A DNA stretch of 64,000 nucleotides from Rebecca billardiae RCC1528 (GCA_965240325.2 OZ251229.1:1116001-1180000); one strand, 5' to 3'; positions 33,201-42,260 are shown, counted from the stretch's first letter. Program-made: numbers and translations. The notes: generated by a model not told the origin, from the letters alone.

Positions 33201-34339
33201 TACCCGCGGTTGCGGCCGTCATGGGGCGTGACATCGCAGTGTTCCAGCCGCGCGCCAGCCAGACTGCCCCTGCCGGTGGGACAGCAGGCAGGCCCGAGAG
33301 CTCGGATGCAGTCGGGCACCTGGTGGCGTGCACGCTGTATAGGCACGTGCCGCGGTGGTCCAGCATGAACAACCCAGTGTATACGGACCCCCAACGCTGG
33401 CAACACCCGCAAGGGGGGCCTGCAGGTGCTCCCGCGGATCTGCGCCAGCAACAGTCGGTACGCGAACGCCTCCTTGCGCGTGACCCAACTCTTGCAGCAG
33501 TGTACTTTGATGGCACCGGGCACTACGAGCCTGTGCTGCCGCTGCCGAGCCGACCGGGTCTCGAGGACAGGGAGCGCTGCCCCACAAGCAATCGGCGCGG
33601 CAAACAGCCCAGGGACCGGCCAGACGACTGCCCTGAGGACCATGGCACAGGTGCTGGTGATGGGCCGCGGCGGTTGCCGGACAGCTCTGCGCTGCCTCCG
33701 CCAAGCACCGCTGCAGGCACCGGCAAGCGCCCTATGCACAGGGCCTGCACAGGCCGCCCCCAGTCACCGGTGGCACTCGCCCCCCCGCTTGGACACCCCC
33801 CGGGGTGTAGCCAGGGAGGTGCCAGCAGCAGCGCCGGCGCTCAAGCACCACCCGTCGCGCCGCGTGGCGACCCCCCCGTGGTGGGGCGTGGCCCGCCGGC
33901 CAAACGGAGCCGCCCGGATTCCGATACCCTGCAGCAGCCTCTCTGGCCTGGCGCCCCCGCTCCTGACCAGCCCAGACCCCCGACGCCTGCGGTGCCGGAG
34001 GCCCCGCCCCTACGCAAGTCTGCCAGGCTGTGCCAGCGCCGCACGCGCGGCGCGGCCATGACTGCAGCTCCACACCGGCAAAACGACGCTTCGCGCGCAC
34101 CCGGCGCGCCGACACAGCCTGCCCGGGAGAAGCCAGCAGGGGCTGACCTTGGGCAGCAGCCATACATGCAGGCCAGCATGAGCGGCGGGGTGGCATCAGA
34201 GCCGGCCCCGGCCCGCAAACGCAAACAGCCGGACGCCCCGGCCCACACAGCTGATGCGCCAGCAAACCCTGCTCCGGGCCACAGAACCCTGCCGCCGGCT
34301 TTGAGGCCGACACGCCACACTGGGGCACATATCACCTGA
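24254..34339 (+). CDS. Retrotransposon polyprotein: APE endonuclease, reverse transcriptase, RNase H, CCHC finger, OTU-like domain
   Basis: APE (SVNVGG, LQET, GDAN; ~26670-27490), RT (GAPGLD, YRGIAL, DIAKAYDSV, KQGCPLSP, YMDD, YLGY; ~28600-29670), RNase H (VDGS, NSEIAA, WDC, NLCAD; ~30740-31350), CLFC..DSVHHVFHQC (~31808-31880) and GDCLL...GHYEP (~32850-33530). Confidence 0.93.
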   Translation: MTEWGGPAYPSVLLPEPSAPPASLATAQSASPMRTRPTRFDDLDIDKIPPPTDGTGQGQRRHGVRSDPQHAPSNVLPRSNVQAAQVTASRTSSARPIASALAESSGCRLSLLSLRAHNTARWGKTTSAHTGLKRAAPTGLLGVTPDCHAPGAGTAQLLLRHPHRGYGLDDRCLLPASKQTLADELPCTGYVVGDARGQTVALVQDGPSVPPCPAWPAACGAFQFRSPADTGRARLILGAESWPGDENDGWRLVKARHSSRRRGRRRRATIPKGGKAAPQGDDYHAWWGAHNINEAPVAPPGAAGMARQVIVMNAPSSMSTGGRYHCLATDDSADDDATPQTDPPHTPLLGKRRRGARAQRAGAGARAKTPGAGAQASAEPGLPNAHVRCAKGNAVATLPDDRMRRAAAAMAEDTGRMLPHDMASTATVLAGDQAAEKVNAEVGTSSRPVAFDHAARIVWLAHAVVAALLVLMQITRMPAAGCLTELGLASLPPPVWPTFVTVVVRAQPALAVLSAGIMAEVLAWLLLLALRSRLTLPPATAAVVCDDVCCDMKQSAVPRSTGTACGRDEAATVPACRNYWSEVARRARGESPCPGWRQARRAHPRELMLVHGTTWVGLPRSRACKRTRRRRCLALPQPQWQWGRAPQWHHCRQQGQCNGRTAAGQRACRGAASAKRRRQQAPHKQAVLFLITMLMHVPPKHKWHLRVKHCHDTAGHSGGAAGRAGPQCCEPTRAEDATSKHKWHLRVKHCHDTAGHSGGAAGRAGPQCCEPTRAEDATSNQRVGDPDDGQRQGEAKNPGPGAGRQRLSIASVNVGGIAKLSRRAMLQTLLDDHQWDIVMLQETNLRQALATPDILQGYTTYHDPLPAHHKSSGKGVAIAVRRDPARPMAELDIRVQGGAMHKSVAGHLLMGTLIFATAAGDVYHIQLTCFYIPCNPAMRSAVLPALHHTLEMHSDMVTGRTDALRMAAGDANAVWEQGEAVALDPRRRHQNKSQCAFRNLMESLTGMHNMKPPGTFDPATEYTHVCGNTASRISYMLSNRADLACHVRHSDPAAALGIPLQTTGEGRSTHFFMIADIPVSKLGHIRRPKVHVRWQPHRFYFSASDPQHRAKVVQALRGPAAQTLARIADDSGTMHPLYNDNNLIDFHEHMDAAARTAAEEALPDTLAELTSLAVDGVGAADPAQAPKEPLRPVGGPQNRAVDPRAQSHLTMHRVYRGMVATVTRILQLRRAHRRTECLEGLTTAAQRGKMIRSLAMPNSRRAVRAHEHIWGARAAHPMAQRNMGVPLPGGGTAPPGQASVPTLYALWQLSQREIAVWLADLKQICTTCLMAFERVQHRFETARIKERYAKLTREMHRKGTHHLRKELLPRDRPSGFELTLLRTTDPTTGQAGVTDDPARIKELAAAYTASNIGQPAERTPGPHPYEDEAIWRPIRDRWTPELVRAVTAPMRAEDLKRILGRAKSNGAPGLDKVQICSLKLVLEAQPALKTVLINCINTILHSTSPLPAHITQSEIVNFYKKGDALALSNYRGIALQSVIYKMAAAHRASQIQHVCDRLGLLRPEQAASRAGGQGDLHVAALTAAIAHAKRHNRELHITACDIAKAYDSVPISSLRQALALHGFPPQLVASLDRLDEGSTAVTRTPHGLTDPVPIRRGCKQGCPLSPIKFCLFMNMFIQWFTATSATGYTFQLDATARLPQRGPPTARIQVQGYMDDLALVAATAAENTAQLEALHKFLAAHGMVLNHAKCVHAYRPARTPRGGRACQPAGPAAPLFPRAGQAVATVPTLDPAHRESFAYLGYHLNMELAWGAHSRKVAERLQKAAWRVGVAAMDPCCHTVMTGTLLQHDVVSTLDYKLSASKLTKDELRGMRTTILRPVWQRVGLPHASARIAACGPAKTWGIGPEDPQARDAGQKVTTLLKAANSLAADGHLTRSALCEWHACLHSPGFAPAAYPPFVEGGLRALNTCPAGAARWAPATYRELALLTLREVCGSRVEHIMDTYSNRLSRRKRSSRTARLNAILDMTVGATIEMAVPRAGPNLPGRAHTSMLEESILRDGGTSAAQMIRATNGGAAAAVLSLFTADGRRALRAYDPAQEWMCGRLAHALLDGLVDNWLTAPENFLLTGHLGPADRAAAHELEIPTDGRLPVRGLLADTDRLMAGVDGSYVPGRGQGAAAVAYALPLTPGGERHAITIFTATYPGEQSAQNSEIAAATLGVKVLSTIGVRHAHIGWDCDTALHHTLRARPDLTAPGESVPRQGTGTAAKLLSGSPHMVRLLRLLDICVPPASGHQWAFRHQQAGHVELDRLVGNTLAPLWSALDNAFCVSSAQCEALLRIVLGHAPGTPREAALRTVCNLCADWASKQVARGDRQASFALGPMVWLPYRVSLMEHGSATLLPSCPNQVRTRVMDRARRAALEAHAATPAAAAKYRLKLAGPDSDQEPDHQGGTPLPCDVSESTHSLQNQWCRERISKFVLRCAVGALVYNADAVAATPALAGVRRRCTSSRATYALGTECLFCLKAGDPNPGPDSVHHVFHQCQHAHAQRNAEDRVGAAIRKASNGAIPQPEATRLAVQATLHPFYYAGKVTEATVTAVKQALAAHQPPGGQPVPYSAGMIHKPLALAASKIHDERRALSLSSAYAKTYDLDKYWALLHKQGRAAASQAEPAPAAEVAEPGPPAEDSPAPDELLQQQPAAAAPPAADAPASDAQAPAALGPGLAPAAASHPLPAQLLGPVPEGAAAGPPAAAHAGLAGAAMHGAQRGSRRRPRSPDADALAHQDDSGASGPPAQQRRLAAAAGSTPRTAGPPIDDVAAGHSQHPAHRRPSVRLPPMPAYVAVQPQWRGAATELLAAVGHAVYPTCMHGDCLLLAAMGYVEERAAAVGPCTAAYQAVRFLRAAAVDWVLGTAHLSRTHRLQLGLVDADGLEAISMSDSYRATYHGQGAQPTLHEFAGPLRAAASYGADGRLAAGGASRYWPTVMIPAVAAVMGRDIAVFQPRASQTAPAGGTAGRPESSDAVGHLVACTLYRHVPRWSSMNNPVYTDPQRWQHPQGGPAGAPADLRQQQSVRERLLARDPTLAAVYFDGTGHYEPVLPLPSRPGLEDRERCPTSNRRGKQPRDRPDDCPEDHGTGAGDGPRRLPDSSALPPPSTAAGTGKRPMHRACTGRPQSPVALAPPLGHPPGCSQGGASSSAGAQAPPVAPRGDPPVVGRGPPAKRSRPDSDTLQQPLWPGAPAPDQPRPPTPAVPEAPPLRKSARLCQRRTRGAAMTAAPHRQNDASRAPGAPTQPAREKPAGADLGQQPYMQASMSGGVASEPAPARKRKQPDAPAHTADAPANPAPGHRTLPPALRPTRHTGAHIT
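26351..26590 (+). repeat. Perfect 120-bp in-frame tandem duplication in the LINE ORF
   Basis: KHKWHLRVKHCHDTAGHSGGAAGRAGPQCCEPTRAEDATS occurs twice. Confidence 0.97.
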
Positions 34340-35507
34340 GGGCCGGGCCTTCTGTGTGATAAGCTACCCCAGTCATGCCGCTTGATACACACCTTCCCCA
34401 ACTGACAGTGGGGCTCTACATTCCCTACTACATCCTCATCCTGTCGGCGCGCTGTCGCATCGGCGCCCAGTCGGCGAGTTCGGACGACGACGTTTTGTGG
34501 ACGACGGTGGGGCGAGGACGACGGGCGCTGGCGCGCCGCGAGGCGGCCGCAGCCCTCATCCAGGCCTCGCAGGCGGACGGCTGAACGAATTTTTCCGGCG
34601 GCGCTACCATCGGCGACGGCTTCATGGGCGGTGACAGTTGGCGGGCGTCAATCTCGCCTGCCTGAGCTGTGTGCGTCTCTTATTCTTAGTAAACTGTATG
34701 TGCATCGATGAGTAACGAGTTCGTTATCAATCGCCTTCGTCAGTTCCGTCGGTCGACGAACCGATCCAATAACAAGTCATCGTCATGCTCATCAAGTCAT
34801 CAATGGACAACGGATGGGCCGGCCCACCAACCGGTCCAAGACCTCAGGATTTGGGAAACTCGGAAAATGAGAGAAATTCAAAACCCGCCGCGTGCGCCCG
34901 CCACAGCCATCCGCCGCGAGGCGCCGCCCGCTGCCGCGCCGCCGCAGTCGTAGACGTGCACGCGGCGATGGCGCACGCGGTCGGGCAGAGGCATAGGGCC
35001 TTTCTGCGCCGCCCTGCGCCGGGCAACTCGCGTCTGACCATCTTCTCGGCGCCTTGAGCCCGCACTGGCGTGTGCGCCGCCTCTCGGCTTCAGCCGTGCT
35101 GTCGTCCCCGCAAAGTATGCGCGCGCTGAGCGCAACCCGAGGCGCGCATCCCAGGACGGCGTGAGCCATGTGACAGTACGGTCGTGGGCGCGCGCCATGG
35201 TGCCCAGCGGCTTCACGTGCGTGCCTCTTTGCTGCCTCGGCAGGCAAGGCGCGGCATGGCTCTGGCTGAATGTGGCGGCGGCGCACGCTCGCGCTCTCGC
35301 GGGCCTGCAGCTGACCGTCGAGGTGCGAGGGCGCGAAGCGCTGCGCCACGCGCAAGCGACAGTAGTTCACCGCTTCGCTACCGCCCCGCTGCGTCCCATC
35401 GGAAGATCTACTGGACTTCGCGCGGCCTCGCCCTGGCGGCGGAAGGCGAGAGCGAGGTGGCGGCGGGAGCGTCCGCCCCAGCGCGCGCCAACCTGACGAA
35501 ACCCGAA

Positions 35508-35544
35508 ATCTGCACGCCAGTGGGCCGCCCACTGGCGTGCAGAT
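35508..35544. repeat. Perfect 17-bp-stem hairpin
   Basis: ATCTGCACGCCAGTGGG-CCG-CCCACTGGCGTGCAGAT. Confidence 0.92.
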
Positions 35545-36149
35545 CCCGAGGTCTGGACCGGTTGGACTACGACTAGTCAAGGGCCTTGGACTCATTCTAT
35601 GATTTAACGACACAGGTAGGACGGCGCAGGTCTCCTGATTCGTCGTCGGCAGTGCCCGATCGTCGACCCCACGAAGTCGGCGCTGGTGGCAGAGCATAGC
35701 CTGAACCGCGATCGAATGGCTTGAGCGCGGCCTTGAGCTGCTGGAGCGCGATCCACCTGCGCTGCGCGGCTCGCATGGACCTGCTGTGCCCCGAGCGAGG
35801 GCGAGGGTGCAGGTCCGGATGTCAGACGGCCGTCTCAGCCGCTGGGCCCTGGTGGGTGATCCGGCGGTGATGTAGTCGTCCCCGTGTGCCCTGCGCGGCC
35901 GCGTGCGCGCTTGCCGCTCTGCTCAGCTGGCTTGCTGGCGGCGGCTGGCGCTGCTGCGGCGTGCAGGGTACGCTTTGCCCCCGACTGCAGTATTCCGGCG
36001 TGTCGTAAGTTTATGACACCTTCATCATTGATTCCTTTGTTTGTAATGGTGCCCGATCATCACTGTGACTGCATCGAGTTTAACTTTTAAAATTAAAAGC
36101 AGGGTATTATTAACAGTTTAACGATATGCGGTAACTGAACCCTACGACG

Positions 36150-38570
36150 CTACAGCACATGTCCGTCATCGGCGAGGTCCGAGTACGAGGAGAAGCCAGG
36201 CCGAACCAGCGCTGCGAGGTCCTCGTCGTCCAGCCCATCGACGGCACCGGCACCGGGGGCCGACCCTTCGGCCTCGGGCAGCGCCGCGGACGCGGTGTCC
36301 GTGGTACCGGCGCCGGCGCCGGCGCCGGCGCCGGCGCCGCCGTCTGCCGCGCTGAGCGCGGCAGCGGCGGCAGCCGCAGTGGGGGTGGCCGAGGGCCCGT
36401 CATCTGCTTCGTCGAGCTCGTCGCCCGGCGCGGGCGTCTCCGGCCGCAGCCCGAACCGCGGGTCGAACCCCGAGTCGTCCGGGGGCGGCGTGCCCACGTC
36501 TGCGCCCTCATCCTCGCCGTCCGCGCGCACGACGGTCCGCGGCGGCTCGTGTGCCGCCGGCGCGTGCTGCTCGGGCACCGACGGCACCGTGGCGCGCGGG
36601 GCGGCGCCGGCGGCGCCGGCGCGCTCTGGCGGCGCCGAGGTCGGCCGCGCGGCCGCGCCGGCCGCGGGCAAGCCCACCATACCCTCCAGCTGCGCGCGAG
36701 AGGTGCCGGGCGGCACGGCCATCGCCGAGCTCGGTCGCGCGCTCGGGCCGCACACGAGGACCGGCGGCTCGCCGTCGCCGTCTCGCCCGCCGCCCGCCGG
36801 CGGCGCAGCGGCGTCGTGCGTGTGGTACAGCGGGCGGCGGCCGTAGTAGTGCGCCGCCGCCAGGGGCTTTGCCGGCGGGCCGCCGCCGCCCGCCGCGCGC
36901 GCCGCGCGCGCGGCCCGCGCCGCCTTGGCGCCCGTGCCGCCCGCCGCGCCGCCGCCGCCCTTGCCCGCGCCCACGGCGAGGAGCTCCTGCGCGCTGCCCG
37001 CCGCGGAGATCGCGTCGACCGTCTCGACGCCGTGGTGGCGAGCCGGGGGCTGTGGCACGACGGCGCGCGGCAGCCGGTCGGGCTCCGCCGCGTACACCGG
37101 CCGGTCGCACGCGACGCACAGCGCGACCGTCCGCGCCTTGCTGAACACGCCGGTCGAGAGCGCGTCCGTCGGGGGCCCGTCAAGCAGTTTGGAGACGAAC
37201 TTCTCGAGGGAGCGCACCTTCGTGCCGTCGGCCTTGGCGCCGAGCTTGTCCTCCAGGGCGCTGAGCTGGGTGCGCAGCGTGGAGAGCTCCGACGGCTGCG
37301 AGCGCCGCGGCCCGCCGTCGCCGAGCAGCATCGCGCGCATCTCCGCGCGCTCGGGCTTGGAGCCGAGCGCGCGCTTGAGCGACAAGAGCTCAGCGCCTGT
37401 GGACGCGGCGTGCGCGCGCAGCTGCTCCGCGGCCTCGTCGATGCGGCGGGAGAGCTTGGTGACGGCCTCGCCGCCAGAGAGCACGTCGACCACCTCGCGT
37501 AGCCCGCCCAGCTCCTCGTCCCGCGCCTCGCCCGCGTGGCGCACCTCCTCCGCCAGCTCGTCCAGCTGCGCGCGCACGCGCTCGAGCTCGTCGCCCGCGT
37601 CGCGCTGCGCTCCCAGCACCACCGCGAGCTGCGTCTGCATGTCGGAGAGCTTCGAGTCGACGCGCTCATCGCCGAGGTCGAGGGTGGAGACGGCGTCGCG
37701 CACGCGGTCGATCACGATCTCCTCGACCTTGCTCACCGCCTGCGCGTCCAGCCCGGCCGGCGGCGGCGGCGGCGGGGAGGCGCGCGCGGCGGAGGACAGG
37801 CGGCGCGGCACCGCGCCCGCGTCGCCGGGCGAGCCCTGCGCAACCGAGCCGCTCCGGCTGCGCGCCGCGACCGCGTCGAAGCCCGTCGCGCCTGGCTGCT
37901 GGGAGGGGCGCCGCCGCGGCTGCTGCAGCTGCAGCTGCTGCTCCTGCCGCTCGAGCTGCTCGAGCAGCCCGCCGAGCCGCCCCTCGAGCTCGGCGCTCGT
38001 CTCGCGCTGCGCCTCGACCGCGCGCGCGAGCGTGCTCACCGACCGGTCGAGCAGCGCGAGCGCGCCGTCGCTCGGGGTGGGGATGACGGGGGCGGGGTCG
38101 TCGGCGTCGGCGTCGGTCGGGGCATCCACCGCGTCGAGCTTCGCCAGCGTGCCGCCCAGCCGCGTCTCGAGGTCGGCCACCTGCGAGCGGCGCTCGGCCA
38201 TCTCCCGCTGCCGCGTGACGGTGAGGCCGCCGATCGCGTGCTCGAGGGACTCGATCTTGGCGGCCTGCGCCTCGACGAGGGCCTTGAGCTCGTCCTGCCG
38301 CGCGGACGAGGCCGACTTGTGCGCGTCGAGGGCGAGCTGCAGCTCCGCCAGCTCGTACTCGTGCCGCGCCTTGAGGACAAAGTCCGCCTCGAGCTCCTTG
38401 CGCGAGTCGTCCTTCGCCTTCACCGAGTGCTCGTAGATCGCGCGGTGCATCGTGGACTCGACGGTGTGGAGCGAGTGCGCGATGATCTTCGAGAGGTTGC
38501 CGAGGCCATCGAGCCCGAACGGCCGCTCGGCGTTCAGAGCCGCTGCCGGCAGCGGCGCGGCGGTGGTCAT
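36150..38570 (-). CDS. Coiled-coil protein with CxxCDRP motif (QRICH2/DUF4795-like)
   Basis: Long heptad-rich ORF with a KAD-type motif and LCVACDRPV. The start is uncertain and there may be an upstream exon. Confidence 0.65.
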   Translation of the reverse strand: MTTAAPLPAAALNAERPFGLDGLGNLSKIIAHSLHTVESTMHRAIYEHSVKAKDDSRKELEADFVLKARHEYELAELQLALDAHKSASSARQDELKALVEAQAAKIESLEHAIGGLTVTRQREMAERRSQVADLETRLGGTLAKLDAVDAPTDADADDPAPVIPTPSDGALALLDRSVSTLARAVEAQRETSAELEGRLGGLLEQLERQEQQLQLQQPRRRPSQQPGATGFDAVAARSRSGSVAQGSPGDAGAVPRRLSSAARASPPPPPPAGLDAQAVSKVEEIVIDRVRDAVSTLDLGDERVDSKLSDMQTQLAVVLGAQRDAGDELERVRAQLDELAEEVRHAGEARDEELGGLREVVDVLSGGEAVTKLSRRIDEAAEQLRAHAASTGAELLSLKRALGSKPERAEMRAMLLGDGGPRRSQPSELSTLRTQLSALEDKLGAKADGTKVRSLEKFVSKLLDGPPTDALSTGVFSKARTVALCVACDRPVYAAEPDRLPRAVVPQPPARHHGVETVDAISAAGSAQELLAVGAGKGGGGAAGGTGAKAARAARAARAAGGGGPPAKPLAAAHYYGRRPLYHTHDAAAPPAGGGRDGDGEPPVLVCGPSARPSSAMAVPPGTSRAQLEGMVGLPAAGAAARPTSAPPERAGAAGAAPRATVPSVPEQHAPAAHEPPRTVVRADGEDEGADVGTPPPDDSGFDPRFGLRPETPAPGDELDEADDGPSATPTAAAAAAALSAADGGAGAGAGAGAGTTDTASAALPEAEGSAPGAGAVDGLDDEDLAALVRPGFSSYSDLADDGHVL

Positions 38571-38797
38571 GAGGGCGGCCCCCTTGCTTGCCACCTGGAT
38601 GGGCGGCGCGAGATCAGCGGCGATATTATGGCGTTACACCGGGGCATTCCTCACGCCCAGCAACTCAGCAAGTCCCTTGTCGATGGCTGCGTTTGGCGCG
38701 TCCGGCTCTGGAGCTCAGGTCGCCGGACTTGGCAGGGACAGCGGGCGAACGTCGCGCCATCGTTCGGTGCCGAGCTCGAGCGGCGCGACCTGGGCTG

Positions 38798-39370
38798 ATG
38801 TCGGACGAGCAGGCCATCTTGAATCGCCTGCTGGCGCGCGAGGCCCAGCTCAAGGCGTGCGCGAAGAGCTTCGCCGCGCTGAGTGCCAACCTCGACCAGT
38901 GGGATGCTGACGAGACCGAGCGGCAGGTCGAGCTGCTGCAGAAGAACTTGCTGCAGTACGAGTTTGCCGTCACAAAGGCGCAGGCGATGATGCGTACCAG
39001 CGTTCGCCAGATCTCCGAGAATGAAGCGTCCTGCCGTGATGTCGACGAGGAGATGAAGCAGGTCCAGACCGACATCGAGCTGCTCACCACGAAGCTCGTC
39101 GACGCGCGCGCGCAGCGCGACCACAAGGAGCAGTGCGCCGCCCTGGAGCGGGTGATCAACGAGCTGCCCTCGCGCGACGAGATGAACGCAGAGATCAAGA
39201 AGCTCGAGGCGGAGCTCGAGGCGCTGACCGGCGAGGGTGACAGCCTCTCCCGTGACCTCGAGCACAGGCAGCTACAGTTCGCAACGCTCATGCACTCTGT
39301 CGTCGAATTGCAAAGCCAGCTCAAGGCAGAGGCTGCCGAGCAGGATGAGCCCGCGCCGATGGCAGACTGA
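38798..39370 (+). CDS. THOC7: THO complex subunit 7
   Basis: MSDEQAILNRLL...RDHKEQCAALERVINELPSR...RQLQFATLMHSVVELQ, a ~190-aa coiled coil with the THOC7 pattern. Confidence 0.8.
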   Translation: MSDEQAILNRLLAREAQLKACAKSFAALSANLDQWDADETERQVELLQKNLLQYEFAVTKAQAMMRTSVRQISENEASCRDVDEEMKQVQTDIELLTTKLVDARAQRDHKEQCAALERVINELPSRDEMNAEIKKLEAELEALTGEGDSLSRDLEHRQLQFATLMHSVVELQSQLKAEAAEQDEPAPMAD

Positions 39371-39526
39371 CGGTCGTATGATCAATGTGTACATGCATTC
39401 GTCATCACGTATTGTAGTGTGATGCGTGGTGGCGGCGTGGCCTCGAATCACATAGTCTCAGAGTCAGATGACGACGACGGACACACTGTCACTGGCCAGC
39501 ATTGACTGGCCGTTAGACTTGATAGA

Positions 39527-39549
39527 ATATATATATATATATATATATA
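39527..39549. repeat. (TA)n microsatellite
   Basis: TA run directly adjacent to the long inverted-repeat terminus. Confidence 0.9.
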
Positions 39550-41163
39550 ATATTATATCTAATGACCGCGTTCCGCGGTCCTTTTCCGCAGAACCAACGT
39601 AGTTCGGGGCCCGCGGTGGCGGTGCACCCTCCGACGTCGCAGTCGTCCCGTACGTAACTAGACTCCAGCGGCGCGCCGCCCAGCACCGCGCCGCGCCGCC
39701 GGGCCGTCAGGGCGCGTCGGCGGCTGGCGTGCGCCGAGTGAGTGGATGTCGGTCGTCGGCCGCGAGCTGCTCTCATCACAGACGGCCCTTACCTGACCCC
39801 CTGCGCGTGCGCGACGGCCGACAGGCGGATGCGACTCGGCGTGATCGACTGCATGAGCGCGAATAAGCCTCTACGTGCACGCCAGGCCACGCGGAGCTGA
39901 CTGACAGCCCGTGAGGGAGCTGACGGCGCGGGACCGCGGATTCGACTTCGTTCGGGCCTGCCGCTGACCGTCGTCGCCGCGACGCCAGCAGCGCAGGAGT
40001 AGATGATCTGCAGGTCAGTAGGGTTCGACCAGCGCGCCTGCGCGACGGCCGACAGGCGGGCGCGAGGCGTGAGCGACGCATGAGTGCGACTCTACGTGCA
40101 CGCCAGGCCACTCAGGAGCTGACTGACTGACTGACTGACTGACAGCCAGGGAGCACGGTGCGAGGCCGCCGCGGATTCGGGCAGCAGCCATGCAGCACCG
40201 GTGTTTGCGCGCGCCGCGCGTGCACGGGGTGACACACCTCGGTCAGGCTCGGCACGCGTCGCAGAGGCACGGCCAGCTCTGGGCACGCCAGGCCACGCGG
40301 AGCTGACAGCCACGGGGAGCCGACGCCGACGGCGCGGGGCCGCGGAGTTCGACTTGCGCCTGCTCTGAAGAAGAGTTATGGCAGACCCTGGCGGAGAGGC
40401 ATGGCAAGGGGGGCGTGTGGTGAAGTCGGAGACTCAGAGATCGATCAGTCCGGCATCAGGCGCCGCTGCCCCCGAGCTTGCGAGAGCCCGAACACAGGGC
40501 GGCGGCTGCGGCGCCGGCGGCGCGGACGCGCGGGGCCCGCCGCCGCGGGGCCGCGCAGGCATCGACAGGGCGGCAGGGGCGCGCGGAGTGACTAGTGAGC
40601 GGGGCACGCACGCGACGATGTCGACGGCCGTCGGGACCCGCCGCAGACGCGCGCTCCAGGCGCCACTCGGCACTCGCCACGCGCACCTGCCCATCGCCCC
40701 CTTGGACGCCGAGCTAGTCGCGGCTCGCTCGCCAACCCCCGAACGAACGCGCGGGCCTCAAAACCTGCCTCCTTGTGACGACGACGGCGGCCAGTGGCAC
40801 GGCGGCGGCAGGTTTCAGTTGAGCTCGCCAGCTCGGTGAGTCAGTGACTATGAAATGGCTGGCAACGAATAGCTGCGGATATTTTCAATAATGTTTGCGG
40901 GTAGTTTTTAGACTACTCTACCAACCGTCGCGAAGCCAAGTTCGTAGTATTCATCAAGGCGGAGGCAAACTACAGGTGGGTGAGGGCAGAATGAGACAAA
41001 ATCCCGGATCGTGTTTTGCGCTCCACCACGATGGCGCTCACGCCCTTCGCGCACGTCGTCGTGGAGGGCATCAGACGAAGAGTTCAAGCTGCGAGTCTCG
41101 TGGGCTAACTCCATGTCGTTGAGGAGCACGAGCACCATCAAGTTTGTCTCACTTTGGGGGGGG

Positions 41164-41614
41164 GAGGGCACTTTGAGACAAACCGCGTGCGCACGCCCGA
41201 CGAGCTCACCAACTGGGGAGAGCAAGCTTCCCATGGGCTCTTGGCGCGTGTCTGACGTCCCTACTGCCTCCCATTGCATGGCCAGCCGTCAGGTTGGCGT
41301 CCCCTTGCAGTAGTAGACTACCTTGCTCACGTCACTGAAGGGCACCGTGCATCGCGGTTCGCGGCCGTCTCACAGTGGCGGGGCACGTTCGGCGGCTACG
41401 TTTGGTGCGTGCAGGCCAGGCATGGGCAGCGGAGCGGCCGGCAAACGAGCGGAGGTGCCAGGCATGCACCTTGGGCACACATGCGACGCGTCTTGACAGA
41501 CTTGCGTCCACCTCACCGGGCGCTGTAGCGCGTGCGAGGCGGGCGCCATGCACCACGCCCAGTGGGCGCCACTGGGCCGCCACTGGGCCGCCGCCTTTGT
41601 CTCAAAGTGCCCTC
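41164..41614. mobile_element. Candidate MITE with perfect 19-bp TIRs
   Basis: GAGGGCACTTTGAGACAAA (41164-41182) and TTTGTCTCAAAGTGCCCTC (41596-41614). No clear TSD. Confidence 0.5.
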
Positions 41615-41824
41615 TGTCTCATTCTGCCCTCATCGACCTGTATCAAGACGAAACTAGCCTCGAAAGGGGGTGATGTTTGTATCAAACTTGTAACCGTCCA
41701 ACTGCACACCATTAATCAAGCCCGTTAGTGAGCTCTCACGCCCGGCCGTCCACGATTGAATAGGGAAATCTCGTGGGCGCGTCCATTTCTCCGTAATGCG
41801 TGTCTAAAGTCTCTAAAGAGGCGG

Positions 41825-41980
41825 GTCTCAAAAATTGAAACTCGGTCTCCGCCAGCCCCGTAAAAATAAAAAAACTTCGCCCCTCGTCCCCTTTTTCTTG
41901 ATCAAAGATCTTTTTGAAACGTGGTTAGGGCCCGCGGAGCGGGCTCCACGCTGCACGCTCCGCCCTGCACCGCGGGCCAT
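41825..41980 (-). repeat. Dispersed ~150-bp repeat family (other copies at 42821-42966 +, 44652-44797 +, partial 19503-19599 -)
   Basis: Shared ATGGCCCGCGGTGCAGGGCGGA...CACGTTTCAAAAAGATCTTTGATCAA...GGAGACCGAGTTTC; the 19.5-kb copy lacks the middle block. Confidence 0.88.
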
Positions 41981-42258
41981 AAGCCGTGACTGTGCCGCGC
42001 TGACATCTGCGCACTCCGAGCGTCGCGGTCCGCGCGGATTCCCGCGGCCCCCCGCCGGGACGCGGCCGGCGCCGACCCGCCGGGGCGCGGCACTCGCCCC
42101 GCACGGGTTCGCGGGCGGGCCGCTGGGGACCCGTGGGCCGAGTCGTCGGTGGCCGCGGTTCGGCGCCTCGATCGACATAATCATATATTAATCCTGACAG
42201 TCTGACAATGTCCGATTTTACGGGACTCATCTCACATCTGTCACCGTCAGTACGAGTT

Positions 42259-42260
<2 letters not shown>

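Larger units (their letters stand above)
24254..34698 (+). mobile_element. Long non-LTR retrotransposon (LINE) with a single ORF; 5' boundary uncertain
   Basis: 3361-aa ORF plus a ~360-bp 3' UTR ending TTCTTAGTAAACTGTA. The 3' end is defined by the second copy at 51067-51719. Confidence 0.93.
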
